52,701 nucleotides of DNA from a virus (Duplodnaviria; Caudoviricetes), in IMG/VR virus record IMGVR_UViG_3300023210_000044, positions 1-52,701 of that record; one strand, written 5' to 3'. The notes beneath the pieces are model-generated. The model searched no databases and was not told where the DNA came from. It saw only the letters and a list, made by a program, of their open reading frames with translations. Below are positions 38,401-46,484 of the stretch, piece by piece (position 1 is the stretch's first letter; the number at the start of each line of letters is the position of its first letter). The translations under genes were made by a program, and so were the position numbers.

Positions 38401-41400
38401 GTACATTTGAAACCAAAGGACCACACCGAGGATATATCCAGTTCCGGGACGGTGAGTGGGTAGAGGAAATCTACCCTTACATCATCAAGGCCAACAAGAA
38501 GATGCTGCCCAAGGAAGCGGTCAGATACCTAAAAACCCTGCCGGTTGCGGAGTATGACGATCGCTACGACTACGAACGCTACAACGTCGATCTCGCTGGC
38601 CCCCGCACTAAGGAGTTCAAGCAGTGGTTTGGTGACAGCAAGATCGTTGATGCTGACGGCAACCCGTTGATAATGTATCACGGCAGCTTATCGTTTAACC
38701 CAGCGAAGTACGACAAAGAGGCGGCGAATCGCGGGGATAAGCCGTTTACCATCTTTGGGAAGGAAGGGGGGCAAGCAGGGTGGTCCGAGGAAGGTCACTA
38801 CTTTGCCAACACCCCCGAAGAATCACTGAATTATACATTCGGCGACCCTTCGTTGGTTAAATCGTTCTACCTCTCAGCAAAGAATCCGTATGTATTTGAC
38901 TGGTCGAGGACAGAGTTTGATGAAGACGCTTGGTGGCCGACCGAAAAAGAATTAAAGAAAATGGGGCATGATGCGGTCATTGTGTATGAAGGGGAAGATG
39001 GAGGATATCATGGCCCTCAAAATGTTTGGGGCAGTAACTTAAAAGAGGTCATCGTCTTTGATGCTAACCAGATTAAAGAGATTGAGAACACCAAGCCGAC
39101 GAGTAGCCCTGACTATCGCCACAACGTCGATCTCGGTATCCGTGTGCCAGCCAGTTTGCGAAGCCAAGAGACGATGGCGACCAACCCATATGTAAGCGTG
39201 CCTGTTGTTACTATCCCCAAGGATCGCCCCGATCAATTTGTATCCTACTTGAAAGCTGCTCAGTCTCACTCGAAGGGCACGCCAAAGGGTTTTCAGGGTA
39301 TCACTGCATTGAGGTTCATGGAGCTTAAGGAAAAAGGCGGCTGGTTAGTATGGGATTATGAGAATGGAGACCATTACGACGTTAAAACCTCCACGGAATA
39401 CAAAGGTAAACTGCTGCCCTACCATGGCCATGTCGAGTTCCGGGGTGGCAAAGCGGTAAACCAAAATATCCTTGGCATGGTCACGCGTGCCAACAAGGCC
39501 ATGTTGCCTAAAGAAGCAGCCAGCTATCTCAAGTCCCTGCCCGCTACGGACTTTATGAACCCCAGCTACAACATTGACCTTGACTCTTGGGTAGGCAGTG
39601 ACGCAGCTAACAAGGCGGCTAATGAATACTGGAGCGAGCGGGTACTCACAAAAGAGTTTAAGGACTGGTTCAAAGGTAGCCAGATCGTTGATGAGAATGG
39701 CCAGCCGCTGATTGTTTATCACGGCTCGCCGGGCAAGGACGGATTCACTGAGTTCGGCCAGTACACCATGGACTACGTGATGGAGAATGGTCCGCCATCA
39801 CGCTATGCCGACACCGCATTCTTCTTCACTCCCGACCGGGAGTATGGGGAGCACTACGGTCCTGTTAAAGCGTTCCATCTTTCAATTAAAAATCCGAAGA
39901 GGGTTACCGCTCAAGAGTACGAGAAGGGGTATCTCGATCTCACGTCAACATTCACAGAAGGTGGTATGGACTGGGGTAAGAAGGCGTACTTCGACAGCCT
40001 CATCGCAGAGGGCTACGACGGTATCATTTCAACCGAGGGCCCGATAGTAGGTGACGAGGGTATGTGGAGCAACGTCGATGAGATCGTTGCCTTCAATCCC
40101 AGCGACATCAAAGAGATTGAGAACGTCAGGCCGACCGACAGTAAAGACTACCGCTACAACACTGACATCAGCCTCGCCAGATCGTATGGCGAGAAGGAAG
40201 CAATCAAAGTCAACGGCAAGATGATTGACTTCTGGCCTGACGCTGGCCGTCACCTCGGTGGCCTTGTCGGTATGATCCGCCAAGAGGCGAGGCTACCGAC
40301 AGATGAAGGCGAGAAGAGTCACACTGGATTGAGAGCACTCGCTAAAGGCGACGGCACCGACGCTGTCTTCTGGCGATCAGAGGACGCGGTCCATAGCGAC
40401 GTCGGCAGCAAGCTCGGTGGCCAGTACGCTCAAGAAAATACCAAGCTCCAGTTCGTGTTCAACAAGAACATGCCCATGGCTGATGATGTCGAGGGCTGGG
40501 CACCCAGCCTGAAGGCTGCGAAAAAAGCATTCAGTAGGATTCTCGGCCATGCCGGGTGGCAGATCGATAGCATCGACAACGCAGGCAGATTACTGGTCAG
40601 CCAGCTACCGAAGAAAGGTAGGCCGGTTGAAACCGCTCGCGACCGTCGCGACGCGAAGGGCGTGCCGACTAACATTGCTGATCCTGATTTAAATAACCCA
40701 TGGCAACAGCCCAACGATACCAACTTGGTTGAAGGTTCTCGCATCAAGTTCCCCGGCACTGAGTCAGCACCTCTTGATGGCGTCGATAGACTTACAAGTG
40801 GCGCCATCAACATCAACTACATTGACTCTGAAGGCGATCGTGCGATCCGCCACTACAAGTCCGAGAGTGAAATGTCCGGCGACCTCCAAGTTCTCCCTGC
40901 TGCCAACTCCCGCTACAACGTCCGGCTCAAGGGGCCAACCGCATCAGCGATCGCCGAGTCCTTGGCTCGTCAGGCCATGACCGAGAAGCCCGGCGAGAAG
41001 ACGATCGGTGCTCCACGCATTGATGCTCACGGCAACGTCATCAACCTCGCCAACCCCGGCATGAGTCCCGAGGGTCGCGCTGTCGCCAGTGCTGGCCAAG
41101 AGATCATGAAGCACAACAAGGGGCTGCGACGTGACACTGACGTAGAGAAGGAAGCAGCAGCCTACCTTGAGAGCAAGACACACGAAGGAGCTGTGGATGA
41201 GATCTTCAACAGGGGCGGCATGGGCATGACAGATGCCCAGACCCTTGTCGCTCGCAGCCTGATCACCGCCCAAGCTGACAAGGCGTTCCAGACGGGCAGT
41301 ACGGCGGACTTTGCCAAGGCTGTTGAGATGGCGATGTCATACGAAGAGGCAGGTATGGACATGGCCCGTGCCCTTCGTGCCCGCCGTGACTTCGTGCAAG

Positions 41401-43541
41401 ATCCAGCCCAACGCATCCGCGACTACGTGTACGAATCAATCACGATGCCTGACCCAAGGACACGGGAGATCGTAGAGTTCTGGAGCGGGAAGATGAGGAA
41501 GGCAACCACTGACGCGCAACGAGAGAAAGCCTTCAACAAACGCAAGGCTGTCCTTGACAAGTACGCCAAGCGATTGCACAAGATCCGTGACGCCCTGCGT
41601 GCGGCTGGACTCGACCCCAGTACGATGACGCCTGAAGATTGGGCTGACCTCAAGAAAGCATCGAGAGCTGTCCGCATTGTCCAGACAGCCAAGCACGGCA
41701 TGGCCGACAAGATGTTTGAGTACTGGATCAACTCGATCCTGTCTGCACCTATCACCCACATCCGCAATGTTGTGGGTAACACCGTGTTCGGCTTCTGGGA
41801 GATGACCGCCCAACGCATGACCGAGGTTGCAGTCAACGCAGTGTTGCCCGGCAACAAGGCCGACGCCACCACGCTGAGTGAGCTAAAGTACCTGTACGCT
41901 GGCTTCCTGCAAGGCACGAGTGAAGGGTTCGCTAACGCATTCAAAGCGTATGACACCGAGGTGCCAACCAGCCTCGAAGACTTCTCGTCTAAGATTGAGA
42001 AGGCTGACATGACCAAGGCGATCAAGGGTGCTCATGGTCGTGCGATCAGGATACCCACACGACTACTGATGGCTGAAGACGAGTTCTTCAAGTCGATCAT
42101 CTTCCGCATGGAAGTAGGTGCTCACGCTTACTCCATCGCCAAGAGTGAAGGCAAGCAAGGCAAGGCTCTGTCCGACCGCATTCAAAACCTAATGATCGAT
42201 CCTACATCGAAGGCTCAGGTCGCAGCTCGTGACGAGGCTAAGCGATTGACGTGGCAAGCTGACACGGACAATGCCATCTACGACCTGATCCGGCAGCTGC
42301 GTGTACGCGTTCCCGGTGCTCGCTACGTCATCCCATTCCTAACGACACCTTGGAACATCTTTAAAGTCGGCACGAAGAAGAGTCCGTTCGGATCGCTCGC
42401 ATTGATGTACAAGATGATCCGCACGCAGACAAGTGACACCTACGAATACAACCGCCGCGAAGCAGTGCGTGACACTGCCGAGCAAATCTGGGCATGGGCA
42501 GCACTGGCTGCCTTCTTGAGATGGGCGGCACCTGACGAGGACGATGAGGAAGGCGCAGACCCACGCCCAACTATCACTGGCACCACTCCGATCGACCCGT
42601 CAGAACGTGCCGCCGCTTATCGTTCCGCACCGCCAATGTCTATCCGTATCAACGGTGAGTACCACTCGTATAAATTTATCGAGCCTTACTCCACCATGTT
42701 CGGATGGATGGCTGACAGTGTCTACAAGTTAGGCCGAGCCAAGAATGGTGCAGAGACCACGCAGATCTTCAAAGATCTGACTGGTAGTGTTCGCGGCATG
42801 TTGCGAGACAAGACGTTCTTGTCTGGCATGAGTGACATAGCTCGGATTATCGAGAACCCAACTACCGGCATCCCCAACTGGGTGAGTAGCTTTGCGTCAT
42901 CATGGGTGCCCAACATCGTACGCAACCCCATGCATGCAACAGACAACTACATCCGCAACTACGAGCAGAGTGTTGCCAACTTCGGCATGCCATTCTTCGT
43001 AGAGTTTGCAAAGAACACGGCATGGAAAGCAATGCCATCCGAAGCATTCATGGGTGCTCTTGGTATGGCACCGCCTCCACCACGCGTGAACATCTGGGGA
43101 CAGCCAGTCATGAAACACATGGGTGGCAATGCGGCAAGCGACTTCCTTCACCGTGTGTTTTCACCTGCTCAAAAACAAAACACCCAAGCCAATCAAGGCT
43201 TGCACATTGACATGTTTGCACACGAGTGGAACAAGCGATTCCCTTACGACCAACTCAAGACGCCGATCCCCGATCGCCGCATCACTATCCGCAAGAAGAA
43301 TTACGAGATCGACGACGCGTTGATCAATGAGTACCTGATCGTGCGGGGGCAGATGGCGTTCCGCATGCTCAAAGATGTGAAGTTCGATTACGATAAGCCT
43401 CGCAAGTGGCAACGCAAGCTAATCAGTGACTCACTCACCCGAGCAACCAACATGGCGAACAGGTCATTGATCCTAGGCAAGCTGCAGGAACACGTTGCCA
43501 GCGGCAAAATTAGATTACTTTCAAAAGAAGCTGGCTACTAG
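29460..43541 (+). CDS. Giant polyvalent protein (4693 aa): zincin-like, three ART-like, HipA/PI3K-like kinase, Nudix and LPD38-like C-terminal regions
   Basis: Uninterrupted ORF. Nudix box GRRDPGETPEQAALREVKEETG; kinase YVVK..E..NWD..DNIL..VDVGG; ART-PolyVal-like WFxxSxIVDxxGxPLIxYHGS; REEIGH. Confidence 0.9.
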   Translation: MDHMAEQTLNTGSQQDWLRSNNVRPQQPQQQQQADPSEVGIDLNSVTNKRDHALDRDWQTLADSTQQKGRTARFNDPELRETILGFRGKTVRLAEKELKRHDNIVDQGYEASVEPGVYVTDAGRKEWEYKNEIKRGWLQAGIGLLKEQDPYRQHLKLDDELEDDDLLGLPEKKKSQLTQKTTGKFEDVEWEEEEDEDEKNLFNQNMTGREYVVGHGMRSGPTSTTRQTRAALKKVAEEHGEKGTEEYYKLAGEIPGMAEINGVKKLKMNDQPVLRKPEPEGYQVQAKYERNDNARQGSTAIKIRDAYWQPDEDAAKRNRAHEKRYALQMGRWLYGQSFVASAKTAMLQGDIKKARAYMEVARAVNHLQDGFHADSGSPRVQSVVNAIGADAMEKKAWMLYHGTVDDEGKMTADGYKQKTEEFDRENRDRVGQMTDGEDRMHSIKRAIYSFAQVFPEGYAAALESADQILQHYFNTGNNWSAEESAMYNALGGSWLSKQQGKLDQSANAGDFYVDQVPAMVGAQLAFLASGGIAGKLSKGLKLGLQHSKLLQSVAMGTAGSGMSYKSIRDECIAMGGTQQEAEGMVIWGVLSGMTEAVPLAVKYKGMGNLTEAIAGMGKGFKRTLLSRIKSAGTVAAIEIPKIFSETVEEWGQEGIQQWIHNVGASTVYDVMRQLDEGVKESAAMGALFGGVFQGLHSGAHVGVTAFMNQRIKSPDDTQITNEILAYMHGGQEAVDAMRKAGMSDGDIYSTPPGEAAKAASDSARAARKQLRALEDDVAAKDQAKQDAMSELQDGDANESTPESKARYQNFKAAEASANEARAKHNEAKAAPQKAVDEAEAKLKETKEAAEKDPRHAAVVQAFDTASNEVDALEKEIATAEKTRNFNKGGDTKALDKKLKDLYGKRDDAQSRKDAAEKISKEFLEHATKPAKAEVAKANDALARAEALTRGKSIDDLVKPKSKQPAGLKRNKDLNDAGKEYGGSSTTVTPTRTGTGGQTTQAAKADKAKDKAINDAAAAKQTVEEAAAETERLRLAAHAAVDALEQEDVDADEDAYTAAYDAAQEAVDAQNAARDLEAVMRNNAQTKGRVEGSQQKGDKRTKARKLSDIVADVDPLSYLRKDSEKASDQEEDYDVDLGETETEAPITIDTSIKVALAKSQLAAAEKAFADAVGENDINAAEKALNDAESALAAAEAAHDKANPTEYVDTDTGETIEIKSKASNGWLIVRNGKTELVKDLNYMTRGEYEANKKQEADEAAMEEAKQKKEDELAENDIEVLWYDDEKGVMFVKHPPTKKNPDGKIEEMPNVFADKPRTQSKFTRGELKRAKKAYDQLKEENATRQTEEEFNAAKAKSGATAARQAELERFKKFMEKAILAFLPKGSKYNADDRVVTLPNGKTFDVEYSLEEDLINGISGIISTPGSDLSSLIASIYGQNSRADLDLAKLPLTSEEFSKLPDEEQRSKLMRLFGPNGAGGRTGGHWDGAKVTTITTADGAKTVLTGRLYTALPVGSSTNIAAFDKTFAVLREEIGHAAIQLMPMSQKDRKRMGKIYGKKGVFDKEAEEAFLEDAVRYHARGVHEGGFLKKTFDKMFSMVETLLNIGRPSALRGRAATRIAMRNLWGPSHSEPASQPTVASSLANQEQDLINQTKHNIRLSKAELDTLKFDEDDMLVGDASPKVKKILDEERKDFIERNKSKGLQAPNDRHLLGAGGLFGGAAGIKRNYGSPTSIVAGDFQKAPGDRARLNPLLKKPSSFTDEQWEAKIQEVADELDARYNVDLSLMTWMVGNVHTPFYETAQKLDSSDEPGGRNRMKERLADLMPMVFDPDYYMKSDPMPGTPETGMYREGGGLSGTLDLMEVMTPDVRDKWVTKPWFNPSGSAKMYEPGSVELEPSNDFDRFSNRLLKESIFTIFQQGLLAGSGPFENDYPGFLKSIKFDLSKFVWTNINKFLDSQGTGAFGNDSYFRVIAEMNAHMPDLLRKVTGEDDASRAKLLLQLTRGKGGAPAPLDYSNPLKYIANAATPMHHLGKITGNDKKSIGLTRWESDKQKEIDNQKAHDKSEAILQAAAKERVDAWILKESELMTPQMEKDLLQRKPAEDEQARGWFMPWSVKVGEWVKSAPTDGPDGDLAVSKWERVTETIRTGWDEDAQESIWNIRTNVTDQLLKETGTDYSYEGIPSELNEMLSMPVTVYSPASEEYLATAAKELERKYRKRAEQMGIPFSSFMHGLMYKFVSNVDTTSSEFLDGFYGRNNPLTDENGEATVMYRGEEEKGVALPRVDFRNAPQGMIFLTNRVTKAATYTREYYDRGLDPKDAIGPQAEVHIYPEGHRYAGQREKHSMEWFANDPGKRILQFDEDTKEMLDPNFEFNRGQILPMYIGWKRPLIIEAAGADYSQVPTPEIFFHQRITEKEYKELEKAAKFNHGYDAKPMGGSEYLMSREKPGHESMGTDDVLRMLVMYNNLQTSEDAKYDGVLINNLVDEMHAGWSQPAQVAIVPVEYAKNLKSASGNTTFDKETTHPDHTLYNIRLPEAVSELEYVSELGGSTGAILMEDDEGKKYVVKRGNSYEHVEDEYAAEVMYREAGIQVPPSTLVYDDEGPAKISLYLGNTREIGRLYGDELAKARKAVQSNMAADALFANWDVVGMGGDNILVDTEGTPWRVDVGGSLRYRAQGGPKGEMFGDVPGELRSLREMNEWFSDMTDADVIKSLDKLMARREVILDSIEDPDVREVMAQRFKNAGDVVGKKYNIDLSHKKEAFGGVLMNSDGKVLLREPSNHFGGYAWTFPKGRRDPGETPEQAALREVKEETGYDAKIVGTIEKGFEGDTTVTKFFKMEVVGEQGETDWETNATGWFTIDEAKAKIGESPNEAGRDRDHDILNHAYGKGDAKYNVDLGIRVPASLRGQETMATNPYVSVPVVAIPKDRPDQFVSYLRAAQSHSANTPKGFEGISALRFMALKEGGWVVWDYENGDHDDVAGSREHKGTFETKGPHRGYIQFRDGEWVEEIYPYIIKANKKMLPKEAVRYLKTLPVAEYDDRYDYERYNVDLAGPRTKEFKQWFGDSKIVDADGNPLIMYHGSLSFNPAKYDKEAANRGDKPFTIFGKEGGQAGWSEEGHYFANTPEESLNYTFGDPSLVKSFYLSAKNPYVFDWSRTEFDEDAWWPTEKELKKMGHDAVIVYEGEDGGYHGPQNVWGSNLKEVIVFDANQIKEIENTKPTSSPDYRHNVDLGIRVPASLRSQETMATNPYVSVPVVTIPKDRPDQFVSYLKAAQSHSKGTPKGFQGITALRFMELKEKGGWLVWDYENGDHYDVKTSTEYKGKLLPYHGHVEFRGGKAVNQNILGMVTRANKAMLPKEAASYLKSLPATDFMNPSYNIDLDSWVGSDAANKAANEYWSERVLTKEFKDWFKGSQIVDENGQPLIVYHGSPGKDGFTEFGQYTMDYVMENGPPSRYADTAFFFTPDREYGEHYGPVKAFHLSIKNPKRVTAQEYEKGYLDLTSTFTEGGMDWGKKAYFDSLIAEGYDGIISTEGPIVGDEGMWSNVDEIVAFNPSDIKEIENVRPTDSKDYRYNTDISLARSYGEKEAIKVNGKMIDFWPDAGRHLGGLVGMIRQEARLPTDEGEKSHTGLRALAKGDGTDAVFWRSEDAVHSDVGSKLGGQYAQENTKLQFVFNKNMPMADDVEGWAPSLKAAKKAFSRILGHAGWQIDSIDNAGRLLVSQLPKKGRPVETARDRRDAKGVPTNIADPDLNNPWQQPNDTNLVEGSRIKFPGTESAPLDGVDRLTSGAININYIDSEGDRAIRHYKSESEMSGDLQVLPAANSRYNVRLKGPTASAIAESLARQAMTEKPGEKTIGAPRIDAHGNVINLANPGMSPEGRAVASAGQEIMKHNKGLRRDTDVEKEAAAYLESKTHEGAVDEIFNRGGMGMTDAQTLVARSLITAQADKAFQTGSTADFAKAVEMAMSYEEAGMDMARALRARRDFVQDPAQRIRDYVYESITMPDPRTREIVEFWSGKMRKATTDAQREKAFNKRKAVLDKYAKRLHKIRDALRAAGLDPSTMTPEDWADLKKASRAVRIVQTAKHGMADKMFEYWINSILSAPITHIRNVVGNTVFGFWEMTAQRMTEVAVNAVLPGNKADATTLSELKYLYAGFLQGTSEGFANAFKAYDTEVPTSLEDFSSKIEKADMTKAIKGAHGRAIRIPTRLLMAEDEFFKSIIFRMEVGAHAYSIAKSEGKQGKALSDRIQNLMIDPTSKAQVAARDEAKRLTWQADTDNAIYDLIRQLRVRVPGARYVIPFLTTPWNIFKVGTKKSPFGSLALMYKMIRTQTSDTYEYNRREAVRDTAEQIWAWAALAAFLRWAAPDEDDEEGADPRPTITGTTPIDPSERAAAYRSAPPMSIRINGEYHSYKFIEPYSTMFGWMADSVYKLGRAKNGAETTQIFKDLTGSVRGMLRDKTFLSGMSDIARIIENPTTGIPNWVSSFASSWVPNIVRNPMHATDNYIRNYEQSVANFGMPFFVEFAKNTAWKAMPSEAFMGALGMAPPPPRVNIWGQPVMKHMGGNAASDFLHRVFSPAQKQNTQANQGLHIDMFAHEWNKRFPYDQLKTPIPDRRITIRKKNYEIDDALINEYLIVRGQMAFRMLKDVKFDYDKPRKWQRKLISDSLTRATNMANRSLILGKLQEHVASGKIRLLSKEAGY

Positions 43542-43542
43542 C

Positions 43543-43571
43543 TTGACAGCCAACGGCAGGCATGGTATGAT
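43543..43571 (+). promoter_or_regulatory. Promoter with operator for the replication operon
   Basis: TTGACA-17-TATGAT with cagcc-aac-GGCAG. Confidence 0.8.
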
Positions 43572-43617
43572 GACGAGCTGACGTTCCCATTACACCAACC
43601 TTTGTCCCGAGGTTACC

Positions 43618-45069
43618 ATGCTCACGACTCTCAGATCCTATCAGGATCACGGCCTTTCATTGATGGAAAAACAGACCTCCACCTATCTCGCACACGAGAT
43701 GGGCTGCGGGAAAACCCTCATCCCTATTGCTTACATCGATAAGCACATGCCCAAGCAGACGCTGATCCTCTGCCCCAAGGTGGTCATTCCTGTCTGGGTT
43801 AACGAGTTCAAGAAACATCTAGGCGAGGACGCAAAGATTCTCGTAGTGCCTCTCGACTTCAAGCCCGGCAAGCGAACCCGCATGACTGGTGCTGACCGTC
43901 TGGCTTATGCTCGACAGCAGTGGGTGCAAGCCAACAACGCAGGGTGGCCCATCGTCTTCGTCATCAACTATGAGTCCGCAAGGATGAAACCTCTGTCCGA
44001 AGCATTCCTCAAGCCCGCTTGGGATCTGGTGGTGGCTGATGAGATCCATCGCGTCAAGTCACCGTCTGGCTCCACCAGTCGGTGGGTAGGACGGCTCGGA
44101 AAGAAAGCAATCAAGAAGGTGGGCCTGTCTGGCACACCCATGCCGCACTCACCATTGGACGTGTTCGGCCAGTACCGATTCCTTAACCCTGACATCTACG
44201 GCATCAACTACACCTCGTTCAAAAGTAAGTACGCAGAGATGGGCGGTTACCGCCACCCGGTGACGAAGAAACCTCTTGAGATCATGGGCTACCGTAATAT
44301 CCCTGAGCTTAACGAGAAGTTCTATTCCATCGGTCACCGCGTGACCAAGGACGAGGCTCTTGACTTGCCCAGTGAGCGGCACGTTGAACGCTTCTGCTCC
44401 ATGCCCAGCAAGGCGTGGAAGGCGTACGACTCCATGGAGAAGGAGCTGGTCGCTGACCTGCCTGATGAGTACGACCCAGCGGTAGCAGCTAACGTCCTCG
44501 TGCGTGGCATCAGGCTCCAGCAGATCACGTCAGGCTTCATCAAGAACGACCAAGACATCATGGTCCACCTGCATGAAGAGAAGAGGCGTGAGCTGAAGGA
44601 GTTCATCACAGAGGACGTCCCTGATGGCGAGCCTGTCGTGGTGTTCTGCCGGTTCAAGAAGGATCTTGCTGCCGTGCAGGAAGTAGCGACAGAGATGGAG
44701 CGTCCTTACGACGAGATCTCCGGCGACCGCAAGGACGTCAAAGGCAAGTGGAATGCTGCTCGCGGTGCCATCCTCGGTGCCCAGATCCAGTCAGGCGGCA
44801 TTGGCATTGACTTAACCTGCTCTCACTTCAACGTGATGTTCAGTCAAACGTACAACATGGGCGACTATGACCAAGCCCTCGCTCGCACCCACCGTCATGG
44901 CCAAGAGCATGATGTGGTTTATGTCCACCTCCTGATCAAGGGCACCATCGACGAGGACATCCGCGCAGCATTGGCCCACCGAGCTACTGTCGTGGACGAT
45001 GCGCTCACCCAGAGTGACGTCAACCGCATTATTATCGACCGCATCAAGAAAGGACGCGCCGTACAATGA
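43618..45069 (+). CDS. SNF2-family helicase
   Basis: EMGCGKT, VADEIH, LSGTP, VVFCRF, GGIGIDLT and QALARTHRHGQ motifs. Confidence 0.93.
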   Translation: MLTTLRSYQDHGLSLMEKQTSTYLAHEMGCGKTLIPIAYIDKHMPKQTLILCPKVVIPVWVNEFKKHLGEDAKILVVPLDFKPGKRTRMTGADRLAYARQQWVQANNAGWPIVFVINYESARMKPLSEAFLKPAWDLVVADEIHRVKSPSGSTSRWVGRLGKKAIKKVGLSGTPMPHSPLDVFGQYRFLNPDIYGINYTSFKSKYAEMGGYRHPVTKKPLEIMGYRNIPELNEKFYSIGHRVTKDEALDLPSERHVERFCSMPSKAWKAYDSMEKELVADLPDEYDPAVAANVLVRGIRLQQITSGFIKNDQDIMVHLHEEKRRELKEFITEDVPDGEPVVVFCRFKKDLAAVQEVATEMERPYDEISGDRKDVKGKWNAARGAILGAQIQSGGIGIDLTCSHFNVMFSQTYNMGDYDQALARTHRHGQEHDVVYVHLLIKGTIDEDIRAALAHRATVVDDALTQSDVNRIIIDRIKKGRAVQ

Positions 45070-45548
45070 CCGACGAAGAGTTTATCAAGCAGACTGTTGC
45101 CCCCAACGACAACTCTGCCATGCCCAAGGATGTCCTTGACGCTATGGCTGAGTGCGTTAGGTGCAAAGCGATCAAGGACGATCTCAATCGTCAGAAGAAA
45201 GCCAATGACTCCGACCTTGAAACAGCACAGGGTATTGTGTTAGCATGGCTGGAGTCGAGCCCCATCGATAAGATGTCGGCTCACGGTGGCAACTTCTATC
45301 TCATTCGTGACGTAAGTTTCTCGTCGCCCTCTGGCACTGACGCTACAGTGGATCGCATCATGAAGAGTGCGAAGCCAGAGCTGTTACAGCTCCTCGGTGT
45401 CAACCACATGAAGTTCAAGTCGTGGCTGAAGCACGAGCTGGAAGACGAGGCGGGCGTGTGGCAAGTTGACGAAACGAAAGTGCCCGAAGAGTTGCGTGAC
45501 GTAATCAAGATAACTGAGTTCTTTAAACTGGGTATGCGTAAGGCGTAG
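45066..45548 (+). CDS. Hypothetical replication-module protein
   Basis: ATGA overlap; N-terminal coiled coil. Confidence 0.75.
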   Translation: MTDEEFIKQTVAPNDNSAMPKDVLDAMAECVRCKAIKDDLNRQKKANDSDLETAQGIVLAWLESSPIDKMSAHGGNFYLIRDVSFSSPSGTDATVDRIMKSAKPELLQLLGVNHMKFKSWLKHELEDEAGVWQVDETKVPEELRDVIKITEFFKLGMRKA

Positions 45549-45587
45549 ACCCACCATCACTTTTACCCGCTTAGACAGGAGACTACT

Positions 45588-46394
45588 ATGTCCAAGCAAG
45601 CAAGTACACCGTTAGACGAAGAGCAGAAGCTTCCCGCCGCCATGACTGAATCAGAGGGTGGGTTACCTGCTCACCTTCAAGACCTGCCCGACCAGAGAGA
45701 AGGGCTTGAAGAGTCAGCGAACTACCAAGCTACCCCGATGCTCAAGGTCATCCATCCAACCACACTGCCAGCCATCCTTGACGAGTTCGGTGCTGGTGCA
45801 GCCACCATCAATGGCAAACTGTTCGCAGGCTTTGAAGAGAAAGTGAAGTGCAACGTGCTCTTCTTCTGGCCATCGTGGACGTACCGCCGTGACAACGCAG
45901 ACAAGTCAGGACACTTCATCATTGAAGAGTCGCTTGACTCGCACAGTGAGCTGGCTGCTAAGTGTCGCAACCCGAAGATGCGTGAAGTGCCTTACGAAGA
46001 CAACCCCAAGATGTTCTACAACCATGCAGAGCAGCTTAACTTCCTCATGCAAACAGAGGTGGAAAGCAATGACGTGCCCAAGGGTACGATCTTCACAGTG
46101 GCGTGGGCGATGGGTGGTCACAAGGTGGGCAAGCGATTCAATAGCTACGCCGACACAACCGGCTGCCCTATCTACTGCAACGTGATCGACCTTGAAGTAA
46201 CCAAGTCACGCAACACGCAGAACGAATGGTATCAACTTGACTTCTCGCTTGACGAAGAAAAAGTGAAGAGGTTTATTACGCAAGAGCAATTGATCGTGTG
46301 CAAGGATGCTCACGTCCGGCTTAAGGCGGCGCACGCTGCCAAGCTTGAGGCGGAACGATCAAATGGTTCCGAGAGTGATGGAAGCGGCGACTAA
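45588..46394 (+). CDS. Possible ssDNA-binding/annealing protein
   Basis: Position in the replication module, acidic tail and AGGAG SD; function inferred only. Confidence 0.5.
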   Translation: MSKQASTPLDEEQKLPAAMTESEGGLPAHLQDLPDQREGLEESANYQATPMLKVIHPTTLPAILDEFGAGAATINGKLFAGFEEKVKCNVLFFWPSWTYRRDNADKSGHFIIEESLDSHSELAAKCRNPKMREVPYEDNPKMFYNHAEQLNFLMQTEVESNDVPKGTIFTVAWAMGGHKVGKRFNSYADTTGCPIYCNVIDLEVTKSRNTQNEWYQLDFSLDEEKVKRFITQEQLIVCKDAHVRLKAAHAAKLEAERSNGSESDGSGD

Positions 46395-46410
46395 CCTCGC
46401 TGCGGGACAA

Positions 46411-46456
46411 GGGGTGGGTTTGGCTTGGCCTCACGTAGTCGCCCACCCCTTTTTTT
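46411..46456 (+). terminator. Intrinsic terminator/attenuator before the primase
   Basis: ggggtggg/cccacccc stem followed by T7. Confidence 0.65.
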
Positions 46457-46484
46457 CTTAACCTTCACGATCGGGAGCAGAACC

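Noticed and set aside
29460-43541. Tape-measure protein or virion RNA polymerase
   Set aside because: It contains enzymatic polyvalent domains; I see no TMP repeat pattern or RNAP catalytic motif.
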